Source: Phyllobates terribilis
Lineage: Eukaryota
Length of the DNA: 64,000 nt
NCBI RefSeq assembly: GCF_046119375.1
Contig: NW_027362769.1
Coordinates: forward strand, 360,902,001 to 360,966,000
Direction: 5' to 3'
The translations under genes and the position numbers were made by a program. Shown piece after piece: positions 40,031-54,714 of the stretch; the first letter of the stretch is position 1; every line of letters starts with the position of its first letter. The notes below the pieces were generated by a model. It did no database searches. It saw nothing but the letters and a program-made list of their open reading frames with translations, and was not told the origin of the DNA.

Positions 40031-40552
40031 TACATGTGCTTTTCCACAAAACACCAGTGGTTCACGTAGTGAATCTTACAGTTCTAACTTGCCAACCGTG
40101 GTCTGTATGGAGTTGTTCAATAAAGGGCCCAAAATTAAGATAACATAGATGGGAGAGGTCTCTATGAATAGGAATTCCTAAGTATTTGATACTCTGTGAG
40201 GGCCAGGCAAAGGGAAAGTTGGACTGGATGGAATCCTATATGGATTTGGGGAGGGAGACATCGAGGGCCTCAGACTTCGCTGCATTGATTTTAAAATTTT
40301 ACCATGTAACAAAGTGATCTATTTCAGCCATAACAGCATGGATGGATATATGTGATTGAGTGATATATACTAGGACATCATCAGCAAATAGAGAGCACTT
40401 GTACTCGGTGCCTCCCACCTCAATCCACCTAATATTGGGGTTATGGCGAATTGATGAGAGCAGGTGCTCCGTCACTAGGATGTATAAGAGAGGGGACAGA
40501 GGACATCACTGCCTTGTCCCATTGGTGATTGTGAAAGGTGATGAAAATGTTC

Positions 40553-41765
40553 TGACGCACCCCCTGGGCCTTGGGACACCCGGAGCCGGACCCTTTTTGG
40601 TGGATGCTGGTGGTTGTAGTCTTCGTGGCGGCGACCCAGTTCCGTGGCTCAGGGCGGTCAAACCAGTGGCGGAACTATTTATGTGGTTTTCATGTTTAAA
40701 TGTCCGACTACGCCACCCGTGGATTGCGGTCAGAGTGAACCGCCGCTACAGGGCAGACCACTGAGGCTGGTGTTGTGGGTGCAGCAGAGCGTAGCATAAC
40801 TCCCCACGGGAGGAGTATAGCCTCAGGGCAGTGTATGCGGAGGATGGGGGTGATGGTGCAGGGCAGCAGCAGTAACGACACGGAGTCAGTGATGCAGTTC
40901 AGGGCCTTTACTCACAGTTCTTATTATCCAGACCACGTCTGCAGGTAACGGCTGCCCACGTCATACTGTGCTCACCAGGTGAGGGGCTCAGACAACTCCC
41001 AGATAACTTTGGAGCACTTCACAGGACCCCCTTTGTGTGTCCTTTGTCTGGCCTTTCTTACCAACACTTCTGTCCGGCTGCCTCGGGCCTCCTCTTGGTA
41101 AACTTGGCGCCAGTTTCCCTGACCCTATGTGGTGCCTTCCTAGCGGGTGTAGCGAGGGGCTGCGCCACATAAAATGTCAGAGCCTCCGGTTTCTAGCTGA
41201 GGGTCGTTTCCTGCCTCCACTAGTTCGGGGACCGGTCTCCCCCTTTGGCCTGACCCCTCCACGCAGGTGGATTCGGGCGTGCGGTGGCGACTCGCCCGTC
41301 CGCACCCCTGGGATCCCTTCGTTCCTCGTTCCTGGAGCCTTCTCCGCTCCTCTTCCTTCCTTCTCCCTCTTCCAGGCCTGGGCCTCTGTTACTAGGCCCG
41401 CCTCCGGAGCAGAGCTCATGCAGAGCCCCTGCTCCCTGCCACTTCTGCTCAGACTTCTCTGCACTGAACTAAGATGGTGCCCACCTTTTATACTCCCTTC
41501 TCAATGCACCCAGGAACTGATTCCTCCCTGCTCCTGCACTACAGGGTTCCCCTTCCTCAGTGTTCCCTCCCCCCACTCCAGCCAGGGACAGGGACTGTCG
41601 TGCCCATCTCAGGGGCATATTGGTCGCCCTGCCCCACGGCAATGTGGTGTAATGCATGCAGGTGTCGGGTCCTGATCCACACTCCATCCTTACCTGAGAG
41701 TGAGATATCACACCTCTGGGTGAGGTGCAATACGTCTTTAGCAACCGAGCCCTCAGGGTGCTACA
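40553..41765 (-). mobile_element. Gypsy solo LTR (related to family A)
   Basis: TG..CA termini, perfect 4-bp TSD GTTC, TATAAAA at about 41486, AGTAAA at 40907. Start is similar to the LTR at 2795. Confidence 0.9.
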
Positions 41766-43095
41766 GTTCCATTTATCTTCAGCCTAGGTGACGTATTGCG
41801 ATACAGGGCCGTGATTTTGGCTATAAAAGGGTCCCCTAGACCCCTACCCCAAGCTTTTTAAGAGAATCATATATGGCGTGCCAGGAGACTCTATGGAATG
41901 CTTTCTCAGCATCCAACGAGAGTATCTAATTACAAATTTTTAACTGCATCTAGCCCAGGAAATACTTTGTGCCTAGTAGCAGTGTCTGCTAGTAAGCGGA
42001 TTATCCCGGCTGTTAAGCAAGCTGCACCACCTGTAGTTTAGACACTTAATTTTTTCAAAGGAAATGCTTCGGGACCATGGGATACTTAGTGAAGAGCATC
42101 AGGAGGCACCCCAAGGCATAGGGGCTGGGACTGGCAGTAGGATGCCTTGCGGTGGACAGCCGAGCTCGATCCTTATAAAAGCTTTTTAACTGCAGCAGCT
42201 TTAGTGGACGCTACTGGAGCTGGAATTACCGCGGCTGCTGGCATGAGACTTGCCCTCCAATAGATCCTTGTAAATGGATTTAAAGTGTATTCATTCAAAT
42301 TAGAGAGACAATTTAAATTAAAAAGCTTAGAGCTGCCTCCACCACAGGGGGGCTCGCTCGACCCACCAGCGGACAGGCACCAGTATTGGGAGAGGGGGGC
42401 TGGCCGTCAGGGTTCACCGCGGCTCTGGCACAAACCCGGCGACACGGAGGTGGCACGGGCAGGAGCGGACTGGCCGTGTCGGCTTCTCACTTTTTGGATT
42501 TTAGAAGGGCATGACATGCCTATATCTGTGTCTCCCCCTCCTTTTACTCCTCCACCTCTTTTATTTTCGCATGACTATATGTACTTGTCACTTTTCCATG
42601 TGTTAGTTATGTCTTCTGAGCAGTTTGTCAGCTTTTGGACACCTTTGAAGGTGTTTTCTATGTGTCTCTATGTGTTTTTGTTTGCCTGCCATTGGTTTTA
42701 ACGGTGTTCGAAGGTGTTCGACGAACAGTTCGACGAACAGTTCGGCGAACACACGGGTGTTCGACGAACCGAACCGAACTCGAACACTATGGGGGTGGCT
42801 CAACACTAATCACCATCTGCTGTCTGGTTAGTATAAAGTCCTCCTTTCACTTATAATAAGTCCTAATCTGTTGCATATGCCAACACCCTAGAGGGTTACA
42901 CCTAAAGAAAATTGCAAATTTTAATTATGGAGAGGAATTCACTGCTGAATGGAACAGCATTCTGTCCCAATCTTTATTCAAACTAATGCAACTTATTATC
43001 AAGGAAGAAAACAAAAAGCTGAGTAAATTGGATGAACAAATCACCACATTATAGGAGTCATTCAAAGAACATGTGAATTCAACAAATGTTAAAAA

Positions 43096-43375
43096 ATAAT
43101 AATAATAATATAATAATCTTTATTTTTATATAGCGCTAACTTATTCCGCAGCGCTTTACATACATTATCGTCGCTGTCCCCATGGGGGCTCACAATCTAG
43201 ATTCCCTATCAGTATGTCTTTGGAGTGTGGGAGGAAACCGGAGAACCCGGAGGAAACCCACGCAAACACGGGGAGAACATACAAACTCCTTGCAGATGTT
43301 GTCCTTGGTGGGATTTGAACCCAGGACCCCAGCGCTGCAAGGCTGCAGTGCTAACCACTGCACCACCGTGCCGCC
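43096..43375 (-). mobile_element. tRNA-derived V-SINE-like element
   Basis: A box GGTGCAGTGG, B box GGTTCAAATCC, central GGGTTTCCTCCGGGTTCTCCGGTTTCCTCCCAC, (ATT)n tail. Confidence 0.88.
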
Positions 43376-44803
43376 CGGTGGTGCAGTGGTTAGCAATGGA
43401 ATGAAAAACTTTCCAAACATATTAATTCTGTGGAGGAAACTATTACTGATGTGAAGAGGAAGAAATTTGCTCTTGATTGTGCAGATTATGAGTCTAACCA
43501 GGTTTATACCTGGAAATTGCACAAACTGAAGTCAATCCTTAAAAAAACTCAAGCACCAAAATTGAAAACTCCAAATAAGATAAAACAGGTTGGATTTCCA
43601 CAGGTTGATTTGGATACAACAGGAGAATTCACAGATTACTCCTTATCACCTGAACAGTCTCCTGCTGAAAATCATGATATTTCCAATAGAAACCTGTCAA
43701 AAAACGGGGACTTCATAGAGAGGGAAGGAAATACAAATCCGCAAAAAAGTCGGAGGTATTCAACCAGAAAATTGAAATGAAAATCAACAATGAGGAGGTT
43801 GCTGTAGTTAATCTCTCTGCGAGTATTATTTCTCTGTCTCAATTATGGTTATTAAGCATAGGAAGTAAATGTATTCCTACAACTAGAGCAAATCTATTTG
43901 AAACTATCAAGGATGTCAACAGATTTGTAAGATCGTTGACAGTCAAGAGGCACTTCTTTGCAGAGAACAGGGGTAAAGAACAACATATTGTGGATCAATC
44001 TTTCTCCACAGCACCTCCCATTGACCTTTCTAGGAATTTACTTGAACAAATATCAGTAAAAACCTTGGAATCTTTGGATGCTGATTTTGCAATAGATATA
44101 CCAAAAGACTCATTCACAACATTGTTTCCAAATCCACTATTCTATCCATTAGCCTCTAGAACACCTGGGATGGACAGTTTTCAAAATATTATTGAAAGAG
44201 AACTCATAAAGATACTGGATAGTGAATCAGTCATACCGGATAATCTGACCACCAAAGAACGACAAGCACTGAAATTGTTAAAAAACAATGACAATATTAT
44301 CATTAGAGTGTCCGACAAAGGTGGCTCTCTTGTAATCCTTGATAAGGCATTATACATCAGAGAAATTAACTCCATGCTATCGGATGTAAAATACTATAGT
44401 AAACTAGCTGAAGATCCAACCAGTTATGTAAAAGGAAAATTGGATTTTATCCTAAGAGGAGGCTTGCAAAAGGGACTCATTAATCAAAAATTGTATTAAT
44501 ATCTATTAACTGAGTCACCAGTGTGCCCAATACTGCACGCCCTTCCTAAACTGCACAAAGAAACATTTCCACCCCCATTCCGCCCCATTGTGGCTGGAAT
44601 TCGTTCACTTACTGAAAGAACTGCAGCATGGATTGATCAGCTACTACAGCCTATAGTTTTGGCCACTACAGGATATATCAGGGATAGCAAGCCTTTATTA
44701 TCTGCTTTGAAATCTTTTGAGTGGGAATGTAATGATAGATGGGTTACCACAGATATTGTGTCATTATACACTAGCATCCCGCACCATCTCTCATTACAAT
44801 CTA

Positions 44804-46439
<1,636 letters not shown>

Positions 46440-47099
46440 TATCTCCTATCATCTTAACAACACCAATCTCTATACAAAAGAATTAAATGAGTTTATACTA
46501 AATTTGATACAATTCTTACTTGAAAATATTTTTTTTTACTTCACTGGAGATTTTTTTCTGCAAATCTGGGGTTGTCCCATGGGTCCGTCTTTTTCCCCAT
46601 CATTAGCTAATTTATATGTAGCTTCGAGGGAAGTATTTCATATTCACACTCTCGACAATCCTTTTTTGCCTTACATCAGGGGGTACGCCAGATACATAGA
46701 TGATGTCATCATGAACTTGCGTACCCCTGATGATGAGGCACTTTACATGCTATCCACGTTTCTACAGTTTTTAAATGACAATACATTTAATTTACAATTT
46801 ACCATTAACATCTGTCAAAATGAGACCGCCTTTTTGGATGCATATTTAAATGGAGACAGCAGCAATAACTGCATCCACACATATCTGTACAGAAAACCAA
46901 CCAGTGGCAATGCGACGTTGATGGCAAACAGCTGTCATCCAGCACATACTATTAAAAACCTACCACTAGGTGAACACATTAGAGCCAGACGTCTATGCTC
47001 TACGGATGAGAGCTATATTCATGAATGTGACATACTGAAGCGCAGGTTTAAACATAGAGGTTATTCAAATGCACATATTTGCAGAGCCCGTAATATAGC

Positions 47100-47743
47100 T
47101 GTCACAAACCGATCGGAGCCACGTGCCCCTGATCCTTCCTCACAACTTCCGTGAGTTCCGGGTTTAGGATAATGTGAAGCGAGCTTATAAATTTTATATA
47201 TTTATTTACTCAAAAGAGCGATGCTAGGTACAATAAATACAAGCGGTTACAAGATATATATATATACAGTAGTCAGACAAATACAGTAAAGAAGCAGTAA
47301 TACGATACAGTAAAATTAAAAGGAATAAAAGTGAATATACCACACTTTCATCAAAGGTCTCTGGACACGGCAGGAAGGGTGCTGTCATGGGTCCAGGGCG
47401 GTTCCTTGTGTCTTTCTGCACATCTGTAGCGACAGGTGACCCTCAACAGAAGACCCCTCCTCTCTCACAGAGGGACACATTTATACGTAACTTGAGCAGG
47501 GCAGAAAATAGGCGATTATAGGCGTTATAAACATTTGTCCCTGTGAACGCCATCCTGGGCAATAGCATCCTTTTGGCAATTGCCTTTTAGAGCCAGCATA
47601 GTAACGTAATGGTAATTAAGTCATATCATGACTGTGGGGAATACACCATTTCCCCTGGGGTCCTTTGAAGTCAGACGGACTAGCATTCCTGCTGAGACCT
47701 TCATACCTGGGAATATGAATTTCCAGTCCCTGGCCCCACCACA
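47100..47743 (-). mobile_element. 644-bp solo LTR (superfamily not determined)
   Basis: TG..CA termini, 5-bp TSD ATAGC, TATAAAT at about 47480 and AATAAA at about 47201 on the minus strand. Its removal restores the Penelope frame (RARNIA-FHKT). Confidence 0.82.
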
Positions 47744-48467
47744 ATAGCCTTTCACAAAACACAAACATCTTTACTGGAGAATAACACAGTATGTAAGAGA
47801 AATAAACAACAAGTTACTTTCTCCACAGCTTATAGTACAGACTACCAGGCTATTACAGATTTAATTCGGAAATATGCTTGTATATTACATCAGGACAAAG
47901 CACTTCAGAGCATCCTTAAAGAAGGAATTAATGTTGTTGCTAAAAAATCCCCCAATATAGGAAATATATTATCTCCAAGTTTTCTGTCCACCAAAAGCCC
48001 AAGGTCTGACACATGGCTTCATATTAATGGATCCTATAAATGTGGAGGCACCAAGTGTAATATTTGCAAATTTATATTTAAAACCCAGACATTTACAGAC
48101 AGTGCAGGCAAAATATATAATATTAAGCACTTTATTAATTGTTCTAGTACATATGTCATTTATCAAGCACTGTGCACATCTTGCAAAAAATTGTATGTGG
48201 GTTGCACTAGCCGCATGCTCAAAAGACACATCGCAGAGCATGTTGCTGGAGCAACTCCGAATCCTAATGCAGTGAGTCCTCCATGTCAGGGCTCAGCGAA
48301 CATTTTGCTGATTTTCACTGTGGCGATCTTTCCACACTTAAGGTTATTGGTATAGACAAGGTGCAAAGACAAATACTTGGAGGAGATAGAGGCAAGCTTC
48401 TCCTAGCCAGATAAGCCTCATGGATACTTAAACTTAACTCTCGCATTCCCAATGGTCTCAATGTTCG

Positions 48468-48829
48468 CCCCATACAAAATAATGGACCCCAAATAATGAT
48501 CCATACAGAATAATTGGCCCTATATAATGCTCCATACAGAATAATATACCCTATATAATGCTTCATACAGAATAATGGGCCACATATAATGCCCCATACA
48601 AAATAAGGGACCCCATATAATGCTCCATGCAGAATAATTGGCCCCATATAATGCTTCATACAGAATAATGGGCCCCATATGATGCTCCATACAGAATAAT
48701 GGGCCTCATATAATTATAATACTCCATACAGAATAATGGACCCCATATAATGCTCCATATGTAACAATGGGCCAAGGGCTCATTGCTCCGACACTTGCCC
48801 AGGTGTACTGGGTGCTGACGCCGGCCCTG
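48468..48829 (-). mobile_element. End of a non-autonomous element (CAGGGCCGGCGTCAGCAC terminus) containing the right part of the 31-bp array
   Basis: Terminus at 48829, array 48468-48760. The partner end could not be found. Confidence 0.6.
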
Positions 48830-51800
48830 CCCCACATGGTCCTACATAAAATATAATACACTTGCCATGGTCCTCCATACAACATAATGAACCCCCCATG
48901 GTCCTCCATACAATATAATGCACCCCTATGGTCCTCCATACAGTATAATGCATCCCATGGTCCTCCAAACAGTATAATGCACCCCTAAAGTCCTCCATGC
49001 AATATAATGCACCCCCATGGTCCTCCATATAATATAATGTACCCCTAATGGTCCTCCATACAATATAATGCATCCCACATGGCCCTCCATACGTTATAAT
49101 GCTTCCCCCATGGTTCTCTATAAATATAATGCACTCCCCATGGTCCTCTATACAATATATTGCACCCCCATGGTCATCCAAACAATATAATGCACCAATT
49201 ATGGTCCTCCATACAAAAATAATGCACCCCTAATGGTCCTAATCGTCCTCCATACAATATAATGCACTCCCAATGGTCCTCCATACAGTATAATGCAACC
49301 CCCATGGTCATCCATAAAGTATAATGCACCCCCATGGTCCTCCATAAAATATATTGTACCCCCCCATGGTCCTCCATACACTATAATTCACTCCCAAGGT
49401 CCTCCATACATTATAATGCACTCCCATGGTCCTCCATACAATATAATGCACCCCCATGGTCCTCAATACAATATAATCTACCCCCATGGTCCTCCATACA
49501 CTTTAATGCACTCCCCATAGTCCTCCATACAATATATTGCATCTCTAATGGTCCTCCATGCAATATAATGCACTCCCCATGATTCTTCATACAGTATAAT
49601 GCACCCCCATAGTCATCAATAAAGTATAATGCACCCCCCATGGTCCTCCATAAAATATAATGCACCCCCCATGGTCCTCTATACACTATAATTCACTCCC
49701 CATCGTCCTCCATACACTATAATTCACTCCCCATGGTCCTCCATACAATAAAATGCATCCCGCATGGTTCTCTACACAATATTATGCACCCCTAATAGTC
49801 CTCCATACAATATAATGCATCCCCATGGTTCTCTATACAATATAATTCACCCCTAATGGTCCTCCATACAATATATTGCATCCCGCATGGTCCTCCATAC
49901 AATATATTGCACCCCCACATTTTCATCCATACAAAATTATGCACCCCTAATGGTACTCCATACAATATAATGCACCCCTAATGGTCCTAATGGTCCTCCA
50001 TAAAGTATAATGCACCTCCCATGGTCCTCCATGAAATATAATGAACCCCCTATGGTGCTCAATACACTATAATTCACTTCCCATGGTCCTGCATACAATA
50101 TAATTAACCTCCATGGTCCTCCATACATTATAATGCACCCCCATGGTCCTTCATACAATATAATGCACCCCCATGGTCCTCCATACAATATAATGCACCC
50201 CCATGGTCCTCAATACAATATAATCCACCCCCATGGTCCTCCATACACTTTAATGCACTCCCCATGGTCCTCTATACTATATAATGCATCTCTAATGGTC
50301 CTTCATGCAATATAATGCACTCCCCATGATTATTCATACAGTATAATGCACAACCCATAGTCATCAATAAAGTATAATGCACCCCGCATGGTCCTCCATA
50401 AAATATAATGCACCTCCCATGGTCCTCCATACACTATAATTCACTCCCCATGGTCCTCCATACAATAAAATGCATCCTGCATGGTTCTCTACACATTATA
50501 ATGCACCCCTAATAGTCCTCCATACAATATAATGCACCCCCATGGTTCTCTATACAATATAATGCACCCCTAATGGTCCTCCATACAATATATTGCATCC
50601 CGCATGGTCCTCCATACAAAATAATGCACCCCTAATGGTACTCCATAAAATATAATGCACCCTAATGGTCCTAATGGTCCTCCAAACAATAAAATGCACT
50701 CCCCATGGTCCTCCATACAGTATAATGCACCCCCATGGTCATCCATAAAGTATAATGCACCTCCCATGGTCCTCCATGAAATATATTGAACCCCCTATGG
50801 TCCTCAATACACTATATTTCACTTCCCATGGTCCTGCATACAATATAATTCACCCCAATGGTCCTCCATACAATATAATGCACCCCCATGGTCATCACTA
50901 AAGTATAATGCACCCCCCATGGTCCTTCATAAAATATATTGTACCCCCCATGGTCGTCCATACACTATAATTCACTCCCATGGTCCTCCATACAATATAA
51001 TGCACCCCCATGGTCCTCCATACAATATAATGCACCCCCATGGTCCTCAATACAATATAATCTACCCCCATGGTCCTCCATACACTTTAATGCACTCCCC
51101 ATAGTCCTCCATACAATATATTGCATCTCTAATGGTCCTCCATGCAATATAATGCACTCCCCATGGTTCTTCATACAGTATAATGCACCCCCCATAGTCA
51201 TCAATAAAGTATAGTGCACCCCCCATGGTCCTCCATAAAATATAATGCAGCGCCCATGGTCCTCCATACACTATAATTCACTCCCCATCGTCCTCCATAC
51301 ACTATAATTCACTCCCCATGGTCCTCCATACAATAAAATGCATCCCGCATTTTTCTCTACACAATACAATGCACCCCTAATAGTCCTCCATACAATATAA
51401 TGCATCCCCATGGTTCTCTATACAATATAATGCACCCCTAATGGTCCTCCATACAATATATTGCATCCAGCATGGTCCTCCATACAATATATTGCACCCC
51501 ACATGGTCATCCATACAATATAATGCACCCCTAATGGTACTCCATACAATATAATGCACCCTAATGGTCCTAATGGTCCTCCAAACAATAAAATGCACTC
51601 CCCATGGTCCTCCATACAGTATAATGCACCTCCCATGGTCATCCATAAAATATAATGCACCTCCCATGGTCCTCCATGAAATATATTGAACCCCCTATGG
51701 TCCTCAATACACGATAATTCACTTCCCATGGTCCTGCATACAATATAATTCACCCCAATGGTCCTCCATACAATATAATGCACCCCCATGGTCATCCATA

Positions 51801-52900
51801 AAGTATAATGCACCCCCCATGGTCCTTCATAAAATATATTGTACCCCCCATGGTCCTCCATACACTATAATTCACTCCCATGGTCCTCCATACAATATAA
51901 TGCACCCCCATGGTCCTCCATACAATATAATGCACCCAATGGTCCTCAATACAATATAATCTACCCCCATGGTCCTCCATACACTTTAATGCACTCCCCA
52001 TAGTCCTCCATACAATATATTGCATCTCTAATGGTCCTCCATGCAATATAATACACTCCCCATGGTTCTTCATACAGTATAATGCACCCCCCATAGTCAT
52101 CAATAAAGTATAGTGCACCCCCCATGGTCCTCCATAAAATATAATGCACCCCCCATGGTCCTCCATACACTATAATTCACTCCCCATCGTCCTCCATACA
52201 CTATAATTCACTCCCCATGGTCCTCCATACAATAAAATGCATCCCGCATGGTTCTCTACACAATATAATGCACCCCTAATAGTCCTGCAAACAATATAAT
52301 GCATCCCCATGGTTCTCTATACAATATAATGCACCCCTAATGGTCCTCCATACAATATATTGCATCCCGCATGGTCCTCCATACAATATATTGCACCCCC
52401 ACATGGTCATCCATACAAAATAATGCACCCCTATTCGTACTCCATACAATATAATGCACCCCTAATGGTCCTAATGGTCCTCCATACAGTATAATGCACC
52501 ACCCATGGTCATCGATAAAGTATAATGCACCTCCCATGGTCCTCCATGAAATATAATGAACCCCCTATGGTCCTCAATACACTATAATTCACTTTCCATG
52601 GTCCTGCATACAATATAATTAACCCCCAAGGTCCTCCATACATTATAATGCACCCCCATGGTCCTTCATACAATATAATGCACCCCCATGGTCCTTCGTA
52701 CAATATAATGCACCCCTAATGGTCCTCCATACAATACAATGCATCTCCCATGGTCCTTCATACCCATCCTCATCGTCCTCTATACAATATAATGAACCAC
52801 CATGGTCCTCCATACACTATATTGCACCCCCCATGGTCCTCCATACAATATAATGCCCCCCTATGGTCCTCCATACAATATAATGCACCCCCATTGTCTT
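48830..52900. repeat. About 29-33-bp minisatellite (CCCCATGGTCCTCCATACAATATAATGCA) with 0.7-0.9-kb higher-order repeats
   Basis: Variant markers recur at about 49463, 50208, 51046 and 51944. Confidence 0.95.
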
Positions 52901-53325
52901 TCATACTCTATTATGGCCACCAGTTACTGATTTAAAAAAATAAATACAATAATCATCTCTCCTTGTTCCACCCGATGCTTCGGTCTGCTGAGCCTTTGGT
53001 GGAAAGAACCGCACATCTCAGAACAGTGGGCGCCCTATAATAACGTCATCGCGCCTGCGCTCTGACACGTCAGACGTCGAGGAAGAATGATGGGAGTGGA
53101 ACCTTCTGCTGACGCTCCCTCCTCTATCATCATTGCTCGCGCTGACAGCTGGAGCCCCCCTCCAGCTGTCAGCGAGAGCAATGATGATGGAGGAGGGAGC
53201 ATCAGCAGGCATTGCGGGTGCTGACATGCGGAGGGGGGCCCAGTTTAGGCGCTGACACCTGGCCCCACTGGCTCATGGGCACCATAGCATTTGCGTGGCC
53301 TGCCACCATTGGCGTTAAGCCACTG
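52900..53325 (-). mobile_element. Terminal part of a non-autonomous element (CAGTGGCTTAAC terminus) that hosts the array
   Basis: Minus-strand start CAGTGGCTTAACGCC at 53325, an internal long hairpin, then a transition into the array. Confidence 0.55.
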
Positions 53326-54350
53326 TCTGCAGTATATGAGCAGTGGCCAGTCTGTTAGGCATAAGTAAAGCTTCAGTGCCTCAGGATCAGGCCAGCTTTT
53401 TTTCCCCCTCGCACTTCTCCACTGCTGCAGAGGTAAAGCTGCCTGATATAGTAGTATTGGAGAGCGCATAGTTCTGGTCAGTGGCTTCACCATGCCACCT
53501 ACCAAAAATGTCTTCAGAATCGCACTGCCCACTGAAAATAATAGAGCTGCTATGTAGAGGAGTGGTGTGGTCCTAAAGATTGATCTAGAAAAAAACCCTA
53601 TAATTGGCTCTAAACTCCTTTCCAAAAATGATCTAATAGTTTAATCTAATAATCACATTCCAAAGAACATAGAACAGGTGATGGATCCCCTCTGCCGGAT
53701 CCAACCTTGTAGATCGCTTGCCTTATGTGAGAGCAGATCTCCATCTATGCACTTATATGTGAAGGTACTAGTTTATAATGAACAAACAATGGTGTCAGTA
53801 ATGTACACCATAAGTATAAGTGAAAAGTAATGGTTGGCAGAGGACGGGGTACAGGTTTTATCATAAGGGATATAAATCTTTGGACTCTGCTGGAAATCTT
53901 GGGTTATGTTGAGTAGATGAAGAATAAAATGTGAACTGTGATTTGCCAGGTGCTGATCTTTTGTATTTAGTTTCATTTTGGTGTAGCTTTGACACAATTT
54001 ACAACAGAAGAAGTGTAACAGTCTCACTGCAATACAAATCAAAGCAGCCAAGCTAGACTGGCATGATGCCACCCCAGCATTGTACGGCTGCAGTTGTCAC
54101 AATACTTCCGATGGTCCATGTGGTTCCATGTGATGTCATGCTGCTCTGTGATGTCACGTTGGTCCATGGCTCCAGCTTTCACGCTTCTAGGTGTTCCATG
54201 AAGTTACTTTCTGATGTCATGCTGCCTTGTGACATCACATAACCAGTGCACTCAGCCATCTCGATTCCTTCTGTGGACCTTTGCCGTCTGACGTGTGAAG
54301 GTGCACTTTTCTTGAGCTCAGTGAACATTTGATTGTGATAGTAGCACAAC

Positions 54351-54714
54351 ATGAGTGATAGAGTCGGAAAAAAACGGAAAAAGATCTCCAACAGAGAAGA
54401 GACCACTAATTCTACCAAGATGGATGGTCTCTTATGTCAGAATAGAGATATCCCTCATAACACAAGAGAGGACGTCAATGGGGAGAGGCATTCTCCCAAC
54501 TCACATTCTCTCCGAAGACCAAGAGAGAAGTCTGGGTTTCGGGACTCGAGGACCAGAGATGAGGCTCCTTATAAAAAAAGGAGATGCCTTGATGCTGGAG
54601 AGCATCAGGCCCTAAACAGCCCTCAAAAAACTCAGGTGGACACCGGAGTTTTAAAGAGAAAGAGAGAGAAGAAGACCATGTGGAAGTGAAACAATCCATC
54701 AATGGAGGTGACGG
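54351..54714 (+). pseudogene. 5' part of a putative host first exon (K/R/E-rich), frameshifted at an AG run and interrupted by Gypsy
   Basis: ATG with A at -3, CRE-like TGA(T/C)(G/A)TCA motifs at 54130-54240, and a frame that rejoins 63092-63159 ending at CAG|GTAAG. Confidence 0.45.

Larger units (their letters stand above)
32231..42808 (+). mobile_element. hAT DNA transposon, complete, with cargo
   Basis: 8-bp TSD ATCACCAT (32223-30, 42809-16). TIRs TAGAGATGAGC / GCTCAACACTA. CGAAC subterminal repeats at both ends. Confidence 0.95.
26890..42885 (-). mobile_element. Ty1/Copia LTR retrotransposon (5' LTR expanded by nested insertions)
   Basis: 5-bp TSD CCCTA (26885-26889, 42886-42890). 3' LTR 26890-27212. 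5' LTR in three pieces: 31350-31371, 31997-32230 and 42809-42885. PPT at 27213-27222. Confidence 0.95.

Noticed and set aside
43300-43375. tRNA gene
   Set aside because: It is the tRNA-derived head of a SINE, continuous with the V-domain and (ATT)n tail.
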